DNA of 64,000 nt, taken from Candidatus Limnocylindria bacterium. Lineage in GTDB: Bacteria > Chloroflexota > Limnocylindria > QHBO01. Positions within the stretch are counted from its first letter, which is position 1. Each line of letters starts with the position of its first letter. Position numbers and translations under genes: made by a program. The stretch spans positions 1,514 to 65,513 of the forward strand of contig JBBQXD010000012.1 of NCBI GenBank assembly GCA_038209995.1, given 5' to 3'. This document shows positions 1-11,667 of the stretch, one piece after another. The notes under the pieces were generated by a model, which saw nothing but the letters and a program-made list of their open reading frames with translations, ran no database searches and was not told where the DNA came from.

Positions 1-2
1 TC

Positions 3-1526
<1,524 letters not shown>

Positions 1527-1546
1527 GCCCGGAGGAGAGGAGCGCG

Positions 1547-2233
1547 ATGACTTCGGACCTCCGCGTGCTCGTGGAGCAGGGCCCCAAGGGGAAGCGCTGG
1601 GTGGCCGTCGCAGCCGACTGGCCAGGGCTGGAACGGAGCGGGCGGGACGAGGACGCGGCGGTCGCGAAGCTCCGCGTCTACGTCCCGCGCTACCTCCGGG
1701 TCGCCGAGCGTGCCGGACTCGGGCAGGAGCTCCGAGGCGACCCGAAGCTCAGCGTGATCGGGCATTACACGGGCACGGGATCGACCGACTTCTGGGGCAT
1801 CTCGTTTGCCCCGTCCGACCTGGATCGGGTGCCGTTCGACGAGGCGACCTTCGAGCGCCAGGTGAGCCTGCTGCGGGCCGCGTGGGCCGAGTTCGACGCG
1901 ATCGCCGATCGTGTCTCCGCCGACCTCCGCCCCGGCCCGCGTGGCGGCGGGCGGGACCGGGGTCGCATCGTCCGCCACGTCCTGGGCACGGAGGGCGGTG
2001 ACTTCTCGAAGCGGGTCAAGGTGCCCGCGGAGCTCGAGGAGCTGTCAACCCCGACGGGGCTCGCGGCCCACCGGGACCGTTACGTGGACGCGATGCGCGC
2101 CTGGTATGCCTCGGGTCAGCCGCTCGGCAACTGGACGATCCCGTACCTGCTCCGTCACAGCGCGTACCACACGCTGGACCACGCATGGGAGATGGAGGAC
2201 CGGGACCTCACGAACGAGGCCGGCGTGGGCTGA
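1547..2233 (+). CDS. hypothetical protein, DinB-superfamily-like C-terminus
   Basis: 228-aa ORF starting 21 nt after the previous stop. C-terminal YLLRHSAYHTLDHAWEMEDRDL resembles the His-rich helix of DinB-like proteins. The function call is weak. Confidence 0.55.
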   Translation: MTSDLRVLVEQGPKGKRWVAVAADWPGLERSGRDEDAAVAKLRVYVPRYLRVAERAGLGQELRGDPKLSVIGHYTGTGSTDFWGISFAPSDLDRVPFDEATFERQVSLLRAAWAEFDAIADRVSADLRPGPRGGGRDRGRIVRHVLGTEGGDFSKRVKVPAELEELSTPTGLAAHRDRYVDAMRAWYASGQPLGNWTIPYLLRHSAYHTLDHAWEMEDRDLTNEAGVG

Positions 2234-2428
2234 GCCCGCGACCAGGCCGCGGCAGGTCCTTCGGTTCATCCGAAGCGCCAAATCTCTGGGCCAGGACGGG
2301 CGGCTATGGCTCCGATCCACGCGGCCACCATGGATCGCGAGAAGCCGACCAACCGGGCGCCGAAAGCGGCCGATGGTATCCTTCTTGCGATCAACGAGGC
2401 ATTCACGCATTTTGAGGGAATGACGCGC

Positions 2429-2740
2429 ATGTTCAGCCGCGTGCGAATTGCCATCCGATTCTTCTTCATGGGCCTTGCGGTCGGCATCCTGCTCGCTCCG
2501 CGCAGCGGCGCCCAGACGCGTCAGCTGGTTCGCGAGAAGGCGGACCAGCTTCTGAACGACGTCCTGGACGCCGCGACGCTCGGATCGGTCGACGACGGCT
2601 CGGCGCGCTCCGCCGGCACACGCGGCGCAACCGCCGACGCCGCAACCGTCGACGCCGCGAACGCCGACGACGGCGAGACCACGCCGCGATCGCGCAACGG
2701 GCGCGGCCGGAGCCGGGCGGCGGGCGCCGCCCAGGCATGA
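2429..2740 (+). CDS. YtxH-domain-like small membrane/stress protein
   Basis: FFFMGLAVGILLAPRSGAQTRQLVREKADQLLNDVLD matches the YtxH pattern (TM helix, then APxSG, then an amphipathic helix). GAGGGA lies 9 nt upstream of the ATG at 2429. The ORF opens at 2306, so the start is uncertain. Confidence 0.55.
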   Translation: MFSRVRIAIRFFFMGLAVGILLAPRSGAQTRQLVREKADQLLNDVLDAATLGSVDDGSARSAGTRGATADAATVDAANADDGETTPRSRNGRGRSRAAGAAQA

Positions 2741-2758
2741 CGCGAAGGGCCCAGCGGG

Positions 2759-3478
2759 ATGCGCTGGCGCCCCTTCCAGCGTCGACCTGACCCGGACCCA
2801 GCCGACCGCACCGATGCCGCCGCGCGGCGGCGGATGGTCGAGGAGCAGATCCGCGACCGTGGCATCACCGATCCCGAGCTCCTTCGCGCCCTGAGCGCCG
2901 TTCCCCGCCATGCCTTCGTGGGGCCCGATGAAATGGCCGCGGCCTACAGCGACCGCGCCCTGGGAATCGGTTCGGGGCAGACGATCTCCCAGCCCTACGT
3001 CGTCGCCGCGATGACGCGTGCGGCGCAGCCCAGCCGCGGGTGGCGCGGCGCGCGCGTGCTGGAAGTGGGAACGGGGAGTGGCTACCAGGCAGCGGTGCTC
3101 GCTGAGCTGGCGGCGCAGGTGACGAGCATCGAGCGGCACGACAGGCTGGCCACCGAGGCGACACGGCGCCTGCGCGCCGCCGGCTACGGGGAGCGCGTGC
3201 GTGTCGTCGTGGGAGACGGCACCGCCGGACTGCCGGACGAGGCACCGTTCGATGCGATCCTCGTGACCGCGGGCGGGCCCGCGATCCCACCCCCGTTGAT
3301 CGAGCAGCTCAGTCGCGACGGCGGACGCCTCGTCATGCCAGTCGGCACGCGCGAGGGGCAGATGCTCACCCTGGTCGAGCGACGCGGCCACGAGGTCACC
3401 ATGCGGCAGATCGAACGGGTCGTGTTCGTGCCGCTCATCGGTGCGCATGGCTTCGAGGCATCGGTCAGCGAGGACTGA
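2759..3478 (+). CDS. pcm: protein-L-isoaspartate O-methyltransferase
   Basis: GIGSGQTISQPYVVAAMT and the SAM-binding motif VLEVGTGSGYQAAVLAEL. Length (239 aa) and RGITDPELLRALSAVPRHAFV are typical of Pcm. Confidence 0.9.
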   Translation: MRWRPFQRRPDPDPADRTDAAARRRMVEEQIRDRGITDPELLRALSAVPRHAFVGPDEMAAAYSDRALGIGSGQTISQPYVVAAMTRAAQPSRGWRGARVLEVGTGSGYQAAVLAELAAQVTSIERHDRLATEATRRLRAAGYGERVRVVVGDGTAGLPDEAPFDAILVTAGGPAIPPPLIEQLSRDGGRLVMPVGTREGQMLTLVERRGHEVTMRQIERVVFVPLIGAHGFEASVSED

Positions 3479-3578
3479 GCAAGCGCCGAGCAGGCGCTGG
3501 CACGCGGCATGCTTCTCCATGTCATCTGGCGCTCGCTTGCCGCGCAGTCGCCGACACTCGTATGGAGGAATTCTTCGC

Positions 3579-4043
3579 ATGACCTACGGTGACGAACGGG
3601 TCGAGACCGATGACACCGGCGTCGTGGAGCGCGAACGTGTTGTCGAGCGCGAGATCCCCGCGGCGACCACCCCTGCCGCACCGGCCAGCGGGGTGAACGT
3701 CAACTCCGCCGGATACGCGACCGCCGGGCCTGGGCCGCTCTACTACGTGCGCCGCACCGTGATCCTCATATTCGGGATCATCCTGGTGCTGATCGCCATT
3801 CGCTTCATCCTGCTCGCCCTCGGCGCGAACAGCGGCAACGCGCTGGTCGACGGCGTCTACAACATCTCCGAATGGTTCGTGGCGCCGTTCCGCGGCGTCT
3901 TCAACCTAGACCAATACTCGCCGAACGGCGTTTCGAGATTCGACGTGAGCGCGATCGTCGCGTTCTTCGGCTGGCTGCTCATCGAGGTCCTGTTGCTCGC
4001 GATCCTGCGCGTGGGAGATGGCTCGCGGCGTATGGCCGCGTAG
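3579..4043 (+). CDS. YggT-family-like membrane protein
   Basis: ATG at 3579 preceded by GGAGGA (3564-3569). Two TM helices flank ISEWFVAPFRGVF...SRFDVSAIVAFFGWLLI, which resembles the YggT TEPxLxPxR / DxSp pattern. Confidence 0.55.
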   Translation: MTYGDERVETDDTGVVERERVVEREIPAATTPAAPASGVNVNSAGYATAGPGPLYYVRRTVILIFGIILVLIAIRFILLALGANSGNALVDGVYNISEWFVAPFRGVFNLDQYSPNGVSRFDVSAIVAFFGWLLIEVLLLAILRVGDGSRRMAA

Positions 4044-4074
4044 CTCCGTCTCCTTTTCGTCGCCGGCCGAACAG

Positions 4075-4095
4075 CGACCGAGTCCCCCTCGGTCG
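4075..4095 (+). terminator. candidate stem-loop terminator after the YggT-like gene
   Basis: CGACCGAG (4075-4082), loop TCCCC, CTCGGTCG (4088-4095): a perfect 8-bp stem 32 nt after the stop. It has no clean T-tract. Confidence 0.3.
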
Positions 4096-4225
4096 TCAAT
4101 TGTGCGGTACGAATGCCGGACGCTACCGCGCCGCCGGGAGCGGTCCTCGGTCGTCGCATGCGAGCTGCGCGGACGCTGAGGCAGGGCTCGACGGAGCTCG
4201 CGAGCGGCAGAGGCCCCGCCAACGC

Positions 4226-5470
4226 CTAGAGCGGCGGCACCTCGAGGGCGCCGCGGTCCCGGGGATGGGCGCGCGAGCCGCGACTGGGGAACGGCGACGA
4301 TCCCGGCGCTGACCCCGCCCTGACCGAGGGCCGCGTGGGGCGCACGCCGGCACGTGCCAGCTCCTCCTCGTAGACCGATTCCACCCGCCGCACCATGGCA
4401 TCGATGCTGAAGCGCTCGGCGACCGTGCGGCGCCCGGCCGCGCCGAGGGTTGCCCGCAGCTCCGGGGAGCGCGCGAGGCGAACGAGCGCGTCGGCGAGGG
4501 ACGGCGGCGAGGCAGGCGGCACGAGCAAACCGTCGACGCCATCGGTGATGACCTCGGGGATGCCGCCGACCGCGGACGCGACGACGGGGACGCCGCGTGC
4601 CATGGCCTCGAGGATGCTGATCCCCTGCGCCTCGCGGAGGGAGGGCAGGACCGCGACGGCGAGGTCGGCGGTCACCGCTGAGATGTCCTCGCGGCGGCCG
4701 GTGAGGATGACGCGCTCGCGCGCCGGCGACGGCAGCGCGGCGACCCGGGCGGCGAGCGACTCGCGCTCCGAGCCCTCGCCGACGAGCATGAGCCAGGCCT
4801 CGGGGACCGCGTCGATGATCGCGGGCATGGCCGCGACCAGGAAGCGGTGCCCCTTCTCCGGCTCGAGCCGCGCGACGACGCCCATGAGAAACGCGCTGCG
4901 CGGAATGCCGAGCTCGTTGCGCAGCGCGCAGAACGGCAGCGGGCTGGAGAAGCGCGACAGGTCGACGCCGTTGGGGATGACGCTGAACTCCGCGCCGGCG
5001 CGTCCCTCGCAGCGGACCTTGTGCTCGATGCTCGCGGACGGGACGATCAAGCGGTCCACCTGCGGCGTGAGCCGCGCCAGCTCGGCCTGGTCGGCATCGG
5101 AGCGGACGCGCGACGAGTGGACGGTGGCCATGATCACGGGCGTCGCGGCGGCGACCGCGGCCCGGATGCCGATGACCTCGGCGCGGAACATGTGGGCGTG
5201 GACGAGGTCGATCTCGTTGCGACGCAGCCAGGCGGCGAGCTCGCGGATGGCGAGCTCGTCATCGGTCTCGTCGAGGACGTCGACGGTGATGCCGAGGCGC
5301 CGCAGCCGCGCGACTGCGCTGCCGGCCGTGAGGGAGAGAGCGCGGACGTCGTAGCGCGTCCGGTCGAGGCGCAGGAGCAGCCCGGTGTAGCTCTCCTGGG
5401 CGCCTCCGTTGCCGCCGGTGGCCAGCAGCTGGAGGATCCGTGGCCGATCGTGCCCCCCGGACCGATGCAT
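4226..5470 (-). CDS. GT4-family (GT-B fold) glycosyltransferase
   Basis: ARLEPEKGHRFLV and EAMARGVPVVASAVGGIPEVITDGVDGLLVPP (E-x7-E type region). Start taken at MHRSGG (5470); the ORF opens at 5545. Confidence 0.85.
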   Translation of the reverse strand: MHRSGGHDRPRILQLLATGGNGGAQESYTGLLLRLDRTRYDVRALSLTAGSAVARLRRLGITVDVLDETDDELAIRELAAWLRRNEIDLVHAHMFRAEVIGIRAAVAAATPVIMATVHSSRVRSDADQAELARLTPQVDRLIVPSASIEHKVRCEGRAGAEFSVIPNGVDLSRFSSPLPFCALRNELGIPRSAFLMGVVARLEPEKGHRFLVAAMPAIIDAVPEAWLMLVGEGSERESLAARVAALPSPARERVILTGRREDISAVTADLAVAVLPSLREAQGISILEAMARGVPVVASAVGGIPEVITDGVDGLLVPPASPPSLADALVRLARSPELRATLGAAGRRTVAERFSIDAMVRRVESVYEEELARAGVRPTRPSVRAGSAPGSSPFPSRGSRAHPRDRGALEVPPL

Positions 5471-5676
5471 CCGCCGCTGCCGGCGGTACTCCGCACCGCC
5501 GATGGCACCTTCGTGATCCGGCGCTCGGCGCCGCCTGGGGGTCATGGGATGACCATCGTAGGAAGGGGCGCTTTGAAAGTCAAAGCGGGGTCGCTCGTGA
5601 CGGGGCAGCGACTGGGCAGCAGAAGGGACCCGCCGGAGATGCTCCTGCGGGTCCCTCGAGCGTGATGGGCGAGAGC

Positions 5677-6024
5677 TTATTCCGTGCCGTCAAACTCGTG
5701 ATTCGCATCAGGCGCATTCGGGTCGTCGGCATGGCCGCCACCCGGGAGCGCCGCGTCGCCCGGCTCTTCAGCGCCGGACTGCTCGGACGCCGTCTCGCCT
5801 GCCGCGGCCGCCGAATCGGGCGTCGTCTGATCGCCCTCCTGGATCGTGTCGGTGTCGGTGTCGGCGCCGGCTGGCTCCGCTGGCTCGCTGGCGGCCGCCG
5901 CCGGGCTGGCCGCCGTGGACGGCGACGCCGCCGACGTGCTGGCAGCGAACACGATTGCAGCCCCCGCGACCAGGCTCGCCGCCAGGGCGCCGAGCGCACG
6001 TTGTCGGATCTGCGTGATCCTCAT
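5677..6024 (-). CDS. small secreted acidic low-complexity protein (hypothetical)
   Basis: N-terminal signal-like MRITQIRQRALGALAASLVAGAAIVFAAS, followed by an Ala/Pro/Asp/Glu-rich tail. No family recognised. Confidence 0.4.
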   Translation of the reverse strand: MRITQIRQRALGALAASLVAGAAIVFAASTSAASPSTAASPAAAASEPAEPAGADTDTDTIQEGDQTTPDSAAAAGETASEQSGAEEPGDAALPGGGHADDPNAPDANHEFDGTE

Positions 6025-6161
6025 GATTCAGCTCCTTCGGTTGTGACCGGACGGATGTCCGATCTGCGGCCCCAGCCTGGCTCATGCACGTCAGACATCA
6101 GTAAGTCAGACTGGCGTCCCGATTCACCTTGCATTCATATTGCGGCTGCATCGTTGGTCCC

Positions 6162-6848
6162 ATGAAGGTTCTCTTGCTCGAAGATGACGTGCGGGTCGCT
6201 GGCCTCGTGGCACGCGGCCTGCGGCGGGATGGAACGGCAGTGGACATGGCCGGCACCGTCGAGGACGGGCGCTGGCTGGCGACCGAGTCCACGTACGACG
6301 TTCTGATTCTGGATGTGATGCTGCCCGACGGCGATGGCTTCGGCCTCTGTCGAGAACTCCGCTCGGTCGGCAACTGGACCCCAGTCCTGCTGCTCACGGC
6401 GCGCGACGCGATTGACGACCGTGTGCGAGGGCTGGACGTCGGAGCTGACGACTACCTCGTCAAGCCATTTGCCTTTGCGGAGCTTTCTGCTCGGCTGCGT
6501 GCCCTCGCCCGCCGAGGAGCAACGGAACGGCCCAGCGTGCTGAGTTGTGGAGACGTGTGGCTCGACCCCGCCACCCGACGGGTGAGCGCGGGCGGCGTCC
6601 CGATCGTCGCGATCGGCCGGGAGTTCACCCTGCTCGAGTACCTCCTGCGTCACCAGGATGAGGTGCTCAGCAGGTCGCGGATCATCGACGAGGTCTGGGA
6701 CTGGGCATTCGAGGGCACGCCGCGGATTGTCGACGTCTACATCGGAGCCCTGCGCGGCCGACTCGGCACTGGTCCGAAGCGGCCGCGGATCGAAACGGTG
6801 CGCGGCGTTGGGTATGCACTTCGCGGTCCTGCGACCGCGAACTCCTGA
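6162..6848 (+). CDS. OmpR-family response regulator
   Basis: MKVLLLEDDVRVAG, DVLILDVMLPDGDGF, VKPFAFAEL, winged-helix end ETVRGVGYALR. Confidence 0.9.
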   Translation: MKVLLLEDDVRVAGLVARGLRRDGTAVDMAGTVEDGRWLATESTYDVLILDVMLPDGDGFGLCRELRSVGNWTPVLLLTARDAIDDRVRGLDVGADDYLVKPFAFAELSARLRALARRGATERPSVLSCGDVWLDPATRRVSAGGVPIVAIGREFTLLEYLLRHQDEVLSRSRIIDEVWDWAFEGTPRIVDVYIGALRGRLGTGPKRPRIETVRGVGYALRGPATANS

Positions 6849-6860
6849 TCCCACGGCGCG

Positions 6861-8201
6861 ATGACGGTCCGGGTCCGGCTCGCATGTACGTATGTCGCGG
6901 CGATGCTGCTGACACTAGCCCTCGTTGGCACGCTCGTCTGGTGGCAGATGGGGGCGGCGTTGCGCTCGGCTCTCGACCAAACGCTGGAGACGCGCGCGGC
7001 CGCCGTGCTCAGCGCCATCGAGAACAATGGCCAATCCGGTCTCCAGGACGGTGACGTCGGCGGATCGTCAGGGGTGTTCGTCGCAATCTTCGACCGATCC
7101 GGACGAATCGTGGACGCGAGCACGGGAGCGCCCCATGGTCTGCGACCACCGCCTCCCGACGCGCACGCATCCGAGACGATCCTCGGATCCGCGACCTATG
7201 CCCTCCATACCGTGGCCGGCGGACCCGATCTCATCGTGGTGGCCGGCAGCAGCCTCGCATCGATCACTGCCACCCTGGACGGCTTGGCCCGCGTTCTCGC
7301 GGTCGTCGGGGGTCTGGCGGTCGGGGCCGCTCTGGCCGGCGGTTGGTGGATCGCGGGGCGCGCCCTTCGCCCCGTCGCCCTCATCACTGATCAGGCGCGC
7401 CTCATCAATGCCGCGCATATCGATCGCCGGCTCCCGGTGCCGTTCCGGCACGACGAGCTTCAAGAGCTCGCCACGACACTGAATGGCATGCTCGACCGGG
7501 TAGCGCAAGCGCTGCACAGCCAAGGTCGGTTCGTGGCGGCCGCCTCCCATGACCTGCGCACTCCGATCGCCGCGCTTCAGGCCGAGCTCGAGCTCGCGCA
7601 GCACCCGGAGACCACGGCCGTCGAGCTCCGGGCGGCCGTGCGCGCCGCCCACGCCGACGCCGTCCGCCTGGGCGACCTCGCCAGCGGCCTGCTCGACCTC
7701 GCTGCAGCCGACGCGGACGGGCGAAGGCTTGTCCGCGTGGCCGTTAGGATGGATCTGTTGCTGGAGTCCGTGGCGCGTCGCGCCAGTCCCGTGGCGCGGC
7801 AGCGTGACGTCGAGGTCACCCACCGGGCGTCGTCGAGAGTCGTCCGCATCGATCGCGTTCGCATTGAACAGGCGCTTACCAACCTGGTTGTGAATGCGGT
7901 CACGTATGGGCCTCGAGGCGCAGTGGTGGAGGTCGAGGCGCGCCTGGAGGAGCAGAGGCTGCGCGGAGCGGATCAGGGTCCGCAACTCGTCATCGACGTG
8001 CTCGACCGTGGGCCCGGCGTGCCCGCCGAGGTCGTCCGCAGTCTCTTCGAGCCCTTCCACCGCGGCCCGAACGCCACCGCCACCGGCTCCGGATTGGGCC
8101 TCGCTTCCGCGGCGGCCGCGGTTCGAGCGCATCACGGGACCATCGGGTCCGAGCCGCGCACCGGGGGCGGCACTCGATTCTGGATCAGGCTGCCACTCTG
8201 A
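6861..8201 (+). CDS. sensor histidine kinase (two TM helices, ~150-aa extracytoplasmic domain, HAMP, HisKA, HATPase_c)
   Basis: H-box FVAAASHDLRTPIAAL, N/G boxes NLVVNAVTYG, DRGPGVP, GSGLGLASAAAAVRAHHGTI. It sits immediately downstream of the response regulator. Confidence 0.9.
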   Translation: MTVRVRLACTYVAAMLLTLALVGTLVWWQMGAALRSALDQTLETRAAAVLSAIENNGQSGLQDGDVGGSSGVFVAIFDRSGRIVDASTGAPHGLRPPPPDAHASETILGSATYALHTVAGGPDLIVVAGSSLASITATLDGLARVLAVVGGLAVGAALAGGWWIAGRALRPVALITDQARLINAAHIDRRLPVPFRHDELQELATTLNGMLDRVAQALHSQGRFVAAASHDLRTPIAALQAELELAQHPETTAVELRAAVRAAHADAVRLGDLASGLLDLAAADADGRRLVRVAVRMDLLLESVARRASPVARQRDVEVTHRASSRVVRIDRVRIEQALTNLVVNAVTYGPRGAVVEVEARLEEQRLRGADQGPQLVIDVLDRGPGVPAEVVRSLFEPFHRGPNATATGSGLGLASAAAAVRAHHGTIGSEPRTGGGTRFWIRLPL

Positions 8202-8251
8202 CCGGGCATCGCCACGGCGATGGGGCGCGCGGTCGGGGAGGCCGCCGCGCC

Positions 8252-10981
8252 TCATCGCTCGCGCAGGGCGGCCATTACGTCGATCTGGCCCATCGCGCGA
8301 CCGGCGACGAGATACGCGATGGCGAGGCCGGCGACGACCGACATGAGCACGGCGCCGACGGCGACAAGCGGAACGCTGGGCAGCTCCGCGGGCGGATCGA
8401 AGACGCCGGCCAGGATCCCGAGCAGCGCCACCGCCACGAGTCCGCCCGTCATGAGCCCCGCCACGGCGCCGGCGATGCCGATCACTGTCGTCTCCCCGGC
8501 CACCACGGCCCGCAGCTGCGCCGGGTCGGCGCCGATCGCCGCCAGGGTCGCGAGCTCGCGCGTCCGCTCCCCGAGGCCGGCGAGCAGGAAGAGGGCCACG
8601 CCGAGGCTTGCGATGAGGATCGCGAACCCGATGTCGATGGTCACGAGCGCCGCGAGGTCCACCGATGTGACGCTGTTGGCCAGCCTCGCGCTCGCGGATC
8701 GCAGGTCGGTCACCGCCCACCCCGTGCCGAGCCGCTGCCCGAGCGCCGCGGCCGAGGGATCGCCCGTCGCAGAGGCAAGGACGAAGGAGATCGCGCGATT
8801 GCCCGTCTGCCGCGCCAGATAGTCGAGGTTCGCGACCAGGAACGCGTCCTTCGGCGCGGTCGGGAACTCAAGCGCGATGCCGGCCATGTGGAAGTCGACC
8901 TCGACAAGCCGCCCTTGCCCGTCGGGCGCCCGGATCCGGATCCGGTCACCGGCCACGATGCTGTAGTCCTTCGCCGTCTCGGCCGAGACGAGGATCGCGT
9001 CGGGCCGTGCAGCGAGCGCCTCCATGGCGCCGGCGGCGGTCACGCCCTGGAAGAAGCTGTCCGAGAGGCTCGCCACGCGCTGCAGGCTCACCGCATCCAC
9101 CGCGAGGAGGTCCTGGGCCTCCGAACCCACGTACACGACCCGGTCGACGAAGGGCGACACCGCGGCGACTCCCGGGCCCGCGACGGAGGACACAGCCGAG
9201 GCATCGACCGACGTCGTCGGCACGGCCTTGAGGTCGGCGCCCAGGGTGAGTGCCGCGTCCACGCGCTGCTGCTGGCGGTATGTCGCGTCGAACGTGAGCG
9301 TGCTGGTCGCGAACGACACGGCGAGCGCGAGGAGCACGACCGCCCGCGTCGCCGCATCGGCTCGCGAGGTGAGCGAGCGGCCCGCCAATTCCCCACCGGG
9401 ACCGAACGGCCGCGCCAGGACGGTCGAGAAGCGACCGCGGGACAGGACGCCGCCGACGAGGCGCAGCAGGAGCAGCGTCCCGCCCAGCCAGAGCAGGAGG
9501 GGCGCGAGGAACGACGTCAGGGCGAGCGTGACAGTCGGGTTCCCCTCGGCAGTCAGCACGGGATGCACGCTTGATCCCCCTACCAGCCAGTACACGATGC
9601 CGGCCGACGCGAGCGCGATCACGTCGAGGTAGAGACGCTGCCAGAGAGGACGCTGCAGTCGCCGCAGCTCGCGACGACCGGAGATGACCTCGTCTCGCAG
9701 CTGCTCGCGCAGCGGGAGGGCGGCGGTCAGCGTGGCGAGGAGGCTCGTGATGAGGACCGTGAACACGAGGGCGCCGATGACGGTGACCGCAGGATCGGCG
9801 GCGGCGAGCTCACTCCCAAAGACGAGGAAGGCAAGCCCGGTCCCGATGGCAGCGCCGGCCGCCGAGCCGAGCACCGCGACCACGAGCGTCGTACCGAGGA
9901 AGATCGTCAGCAGCCGGCGGTGTGACGCCCCACGGGCGCGGAGGAGCGCCGCGTGGCGGCGGGTCGCCTCGGCGCTCGACTCCGCCGCGAAGCGCGACAG
10001 CGCGATCGCGAGCGCCACGCCGGGGAGCGCCAGGAAGATGAACAGCACCTGCCCCCAGGCGAGATCCGCGGCGACCGGCTCGAGCGTGGCGCTCGCGTCA
10101 TCGGCCACCGTGATCGCGCCGGCACCTGCCCGTTCGATTCGGCGGCGGACGAGGTCGAGCCACGCCTGTGCGTCCGTCGGGTTGCCGGGCAGCAGCCCGT
10201 GGTCGTAGCGGACGAGGACCTCGTGGAGCGCGGCGGGCTCCGGCGCGAGGACCGGGCTCGGACCGCCGCCCGGATTTCCGCTGGCGCCGGGCGTTCCGCC
10301 GCTCGCCGCCGGGTCGGAGGCGACCGCCCCCGGCGGCAGCTGGGCCGCCAGCCGAGCAAGCGTGAGGCCATCGGTCACCGCAACGTTCACCGGGGGATTC
10401 GCCGCGACGGCACGGTGCGCAGCGTCAACGGGCCCGAGGAGCAGGTCAGCGCCAGTGACGTCGACGATGCCCGAGACGCGCAGGTTCGCATGCTGGCCGC
10501 CGGGCAGGGTGAAGGAGATGGTGTCACCCGGCGTCAGGCCCAGGTTGGTCGCGAAGTCGCGGCTGACGGCGATCTCCCCGGGCGCCATGCTGCCCGCCGA
10601 AAGGCCGAAGAGGCCGGTCACGGCATGGAAGTCGGGGGCCGTTCCCACGATCACGCCGCTGCTCGTCTCCGTGGCAGCACCCGCCTTCGAGAGGCTGGCG
10701 GCGTCGAAGTGCACCAGGTCGAAGGGCTGGGTCGCGACGACCGCGGGGTCGTCACGGATCAGCGCCGTCGCAGCGCTGGCGTCAGCGCCCCGAGCGAGGA
10801 CCGCCTGGGCATCGACGGGGACCGCGGTGAGGGCCCGTCGGGTGACGGTCGTGCCGGACGCAGAGCCGAAGAGCACGACGGACATCATCAGTGCCGCCGC
10901 GATCGCCACCCCGAGAGCCGCGGCAAGGGTGCGTCGCGGCTCTCGGACCACGAGCTGCCAGACGTGGACGCTGAGGTTCAC
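8252..10981 (-). CDS. large ABC-transporter permease with two FtsX-type modules (MacB/BceB-like)
   Basis: 909 aa. N-terminal VREPRRTLAAALGVAIAAALMMSVVLFG, then a long extracytoplasmic stretch, then clustered TM helices; this pattern repeats in the C-terminal half. GTGA overlap with the upstream ATPase gene. Confidence 0.8.
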   Translation of the reverse strand: MNLSVHVWQLVVREPRRTLAAALGVAIAAALMMSVVLFGSASGTTVTRRALTAVPVDAQAVLARGADASAATALIRDDPAVVATQPFDLVHFDAASLSKAGAATETSSGVIVGTAPDFHAVTGLFGLSAGSMAPGEIAVSRDFATNLGLTPGDTISFTLPGGQHANLRVSGIVDVTGADLLLGPVDAAHRAVAANPPVNVAVTDGLTLARLAAQLPPGAVASDPAASGGTPGASGNPGGGPSPVLAPEPAALHEVLVRYDHGLLPGNPTDAQAWLDLVRRRIERAGAGAITVADDASATLEPVAADLAWGQVLFIFLALPGVALAIALSRFAAESSAEATRRHAALLRARGASHRRLLTIFLGTTLVVAVLGSAAGAAIGTGLAFLVFGSELAAADPAVTVIGALVFTVLITSLLATLTAALPLREQLRDEVISGRRELRRLQRPLWQRLYLDVIALASAGIVYWLVGGSSVHPVLTAEGNPTVTLALTSFLAPLLLWLGGTLLLLRLVGGVLSRGRFSTVLARPFGPGGELAGRSLTSRADAATRAVVLLALAVSFATSTLTFDATYRQQQRVDAALTLGADLKAVPTTSVDASAVSSVAGPGVAAVSPFVDRVVYVGSEAQDLLAVDAVSLQRVASLSDSFFQGVTAAGAMEALAARPDAILVSAETAKDYSIVAGDRIRIRAPDGQGRLVEVDFHMAGIALEFPTAPKDAFLVANLDYLARQTGNRAISFVLASATGDPSAAALGQRLGTGWAVTDLRSASARLANSVTSVDLAALVTIDIGFAILIASLGVALFLLAGLGERTRELATLAAIGADPAQLRAVVAGETTVIGIAGAVAGLMTGGLVAVALLGILAGVFDPPAELPSVPLVAVGAVLMSVVAGLAIAYLVAGRAMGQIDVMAALRER

Positions 10982-11667
10982 GGCGCGCTCCGTTCGGTGA
11001 GGCGTCCGTCGCGCATCTGGAGGTGACGGTCGGCACGAGCAGCGCTCTGGGAGTCGTGGGTGACGAGGAGGAGCGTCGCGCCGCCAGTGCGACTCGCCTC
11101 CTGGAGCAGGCCGAACACCTGCGCAGCGTTCTCGTCGTCGAGGCTGCCGGCCGGCTCATCGGCCAGGATGAGGGAGGGTTGCGCGACGAGGGCGCGCGCC
11201 ACGCCGACGCGCTGGCGCTCGCCGCCCGAGAGCTCGTCGATGCGCGCCGCCTCGAAGCCCTCGAGCCCCACCTGTCCCAGCAGCGCGGTCGCCCGCCGCC
11301 GACGCTCATCGGGCGGCACCTCGTCTAGGGCCAGCGGCAGGGCGACGTTTTCGCCCGCGGTGAGCGAGCTGACGAGGCCGAACGCCTGGAACACGACGCC
11401 GATGGTCGAGCGCCGCAGGCGCGCGCGCTCGGTCGGGGAGAGCCTCGCGAGGTCGTGGCCGAGGACGCTCACCGACCCGGCGTCGGCACGATCGATCCCC
11501 GCCAGCAGGCCGAGCAGCGTCGATTTCCCGGAGCCGGACGGCCCCACGATGGCGACGAATTCGCCGGGACCGACCTCGAGGTTCACGCCATCGACCGCCT
11601 GCACGGGCGGCGAGCTCCCGTCACGGAACGTTCGGCTCGCGCCGACGCAGCGGATCACGGGCGTCAC
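10978..11667 (-). CDS. ABC transporter ATP-binding protein (MacB/LolD-type)
   Basis: Walker [12 protein letters not shown], signature LSGGERQRVGVARAL, Walker B LILADEPAGSLD. Confidence 0.9.
   Translation of the reverse strand: MTPVIRCVGASRTFRDGSSPPVQAVDGVNLEVGPGEFVAIVGPSGSGKSTLLGLLAGIDRADAGSVSVLGHDLARLSPTERARLRRSTIGVVFQAFGLVSSLTAGENVALPLALDEVPPDERRRRATALLGQVGLEGFEAARIDELSGGERQRVGVARALVAQPSLILADEPAGSLDDENAAQVFGLLQEASRTGGATLLLVTHDSQSAARADRHLQMRDGRLTERSAP

Noticed and set aside
2045-3580. 511-aa minus-strand ORF
   Set aside because: It is antisense to the well-supported pcm and YtxH-like genes. It is Arg/Gly/Pro/Ala-rich with no family motifs, which is typical of a high-GC shadow ORF.
7068-8720. 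550-aa minus-strand ORF
   Set aside because: It is antisense to the histidine kinase gene (6861-8201), which has clear H, N and G boxes. Its composition is dominated by R/G/P/D, so I treat it as a shadow frame.
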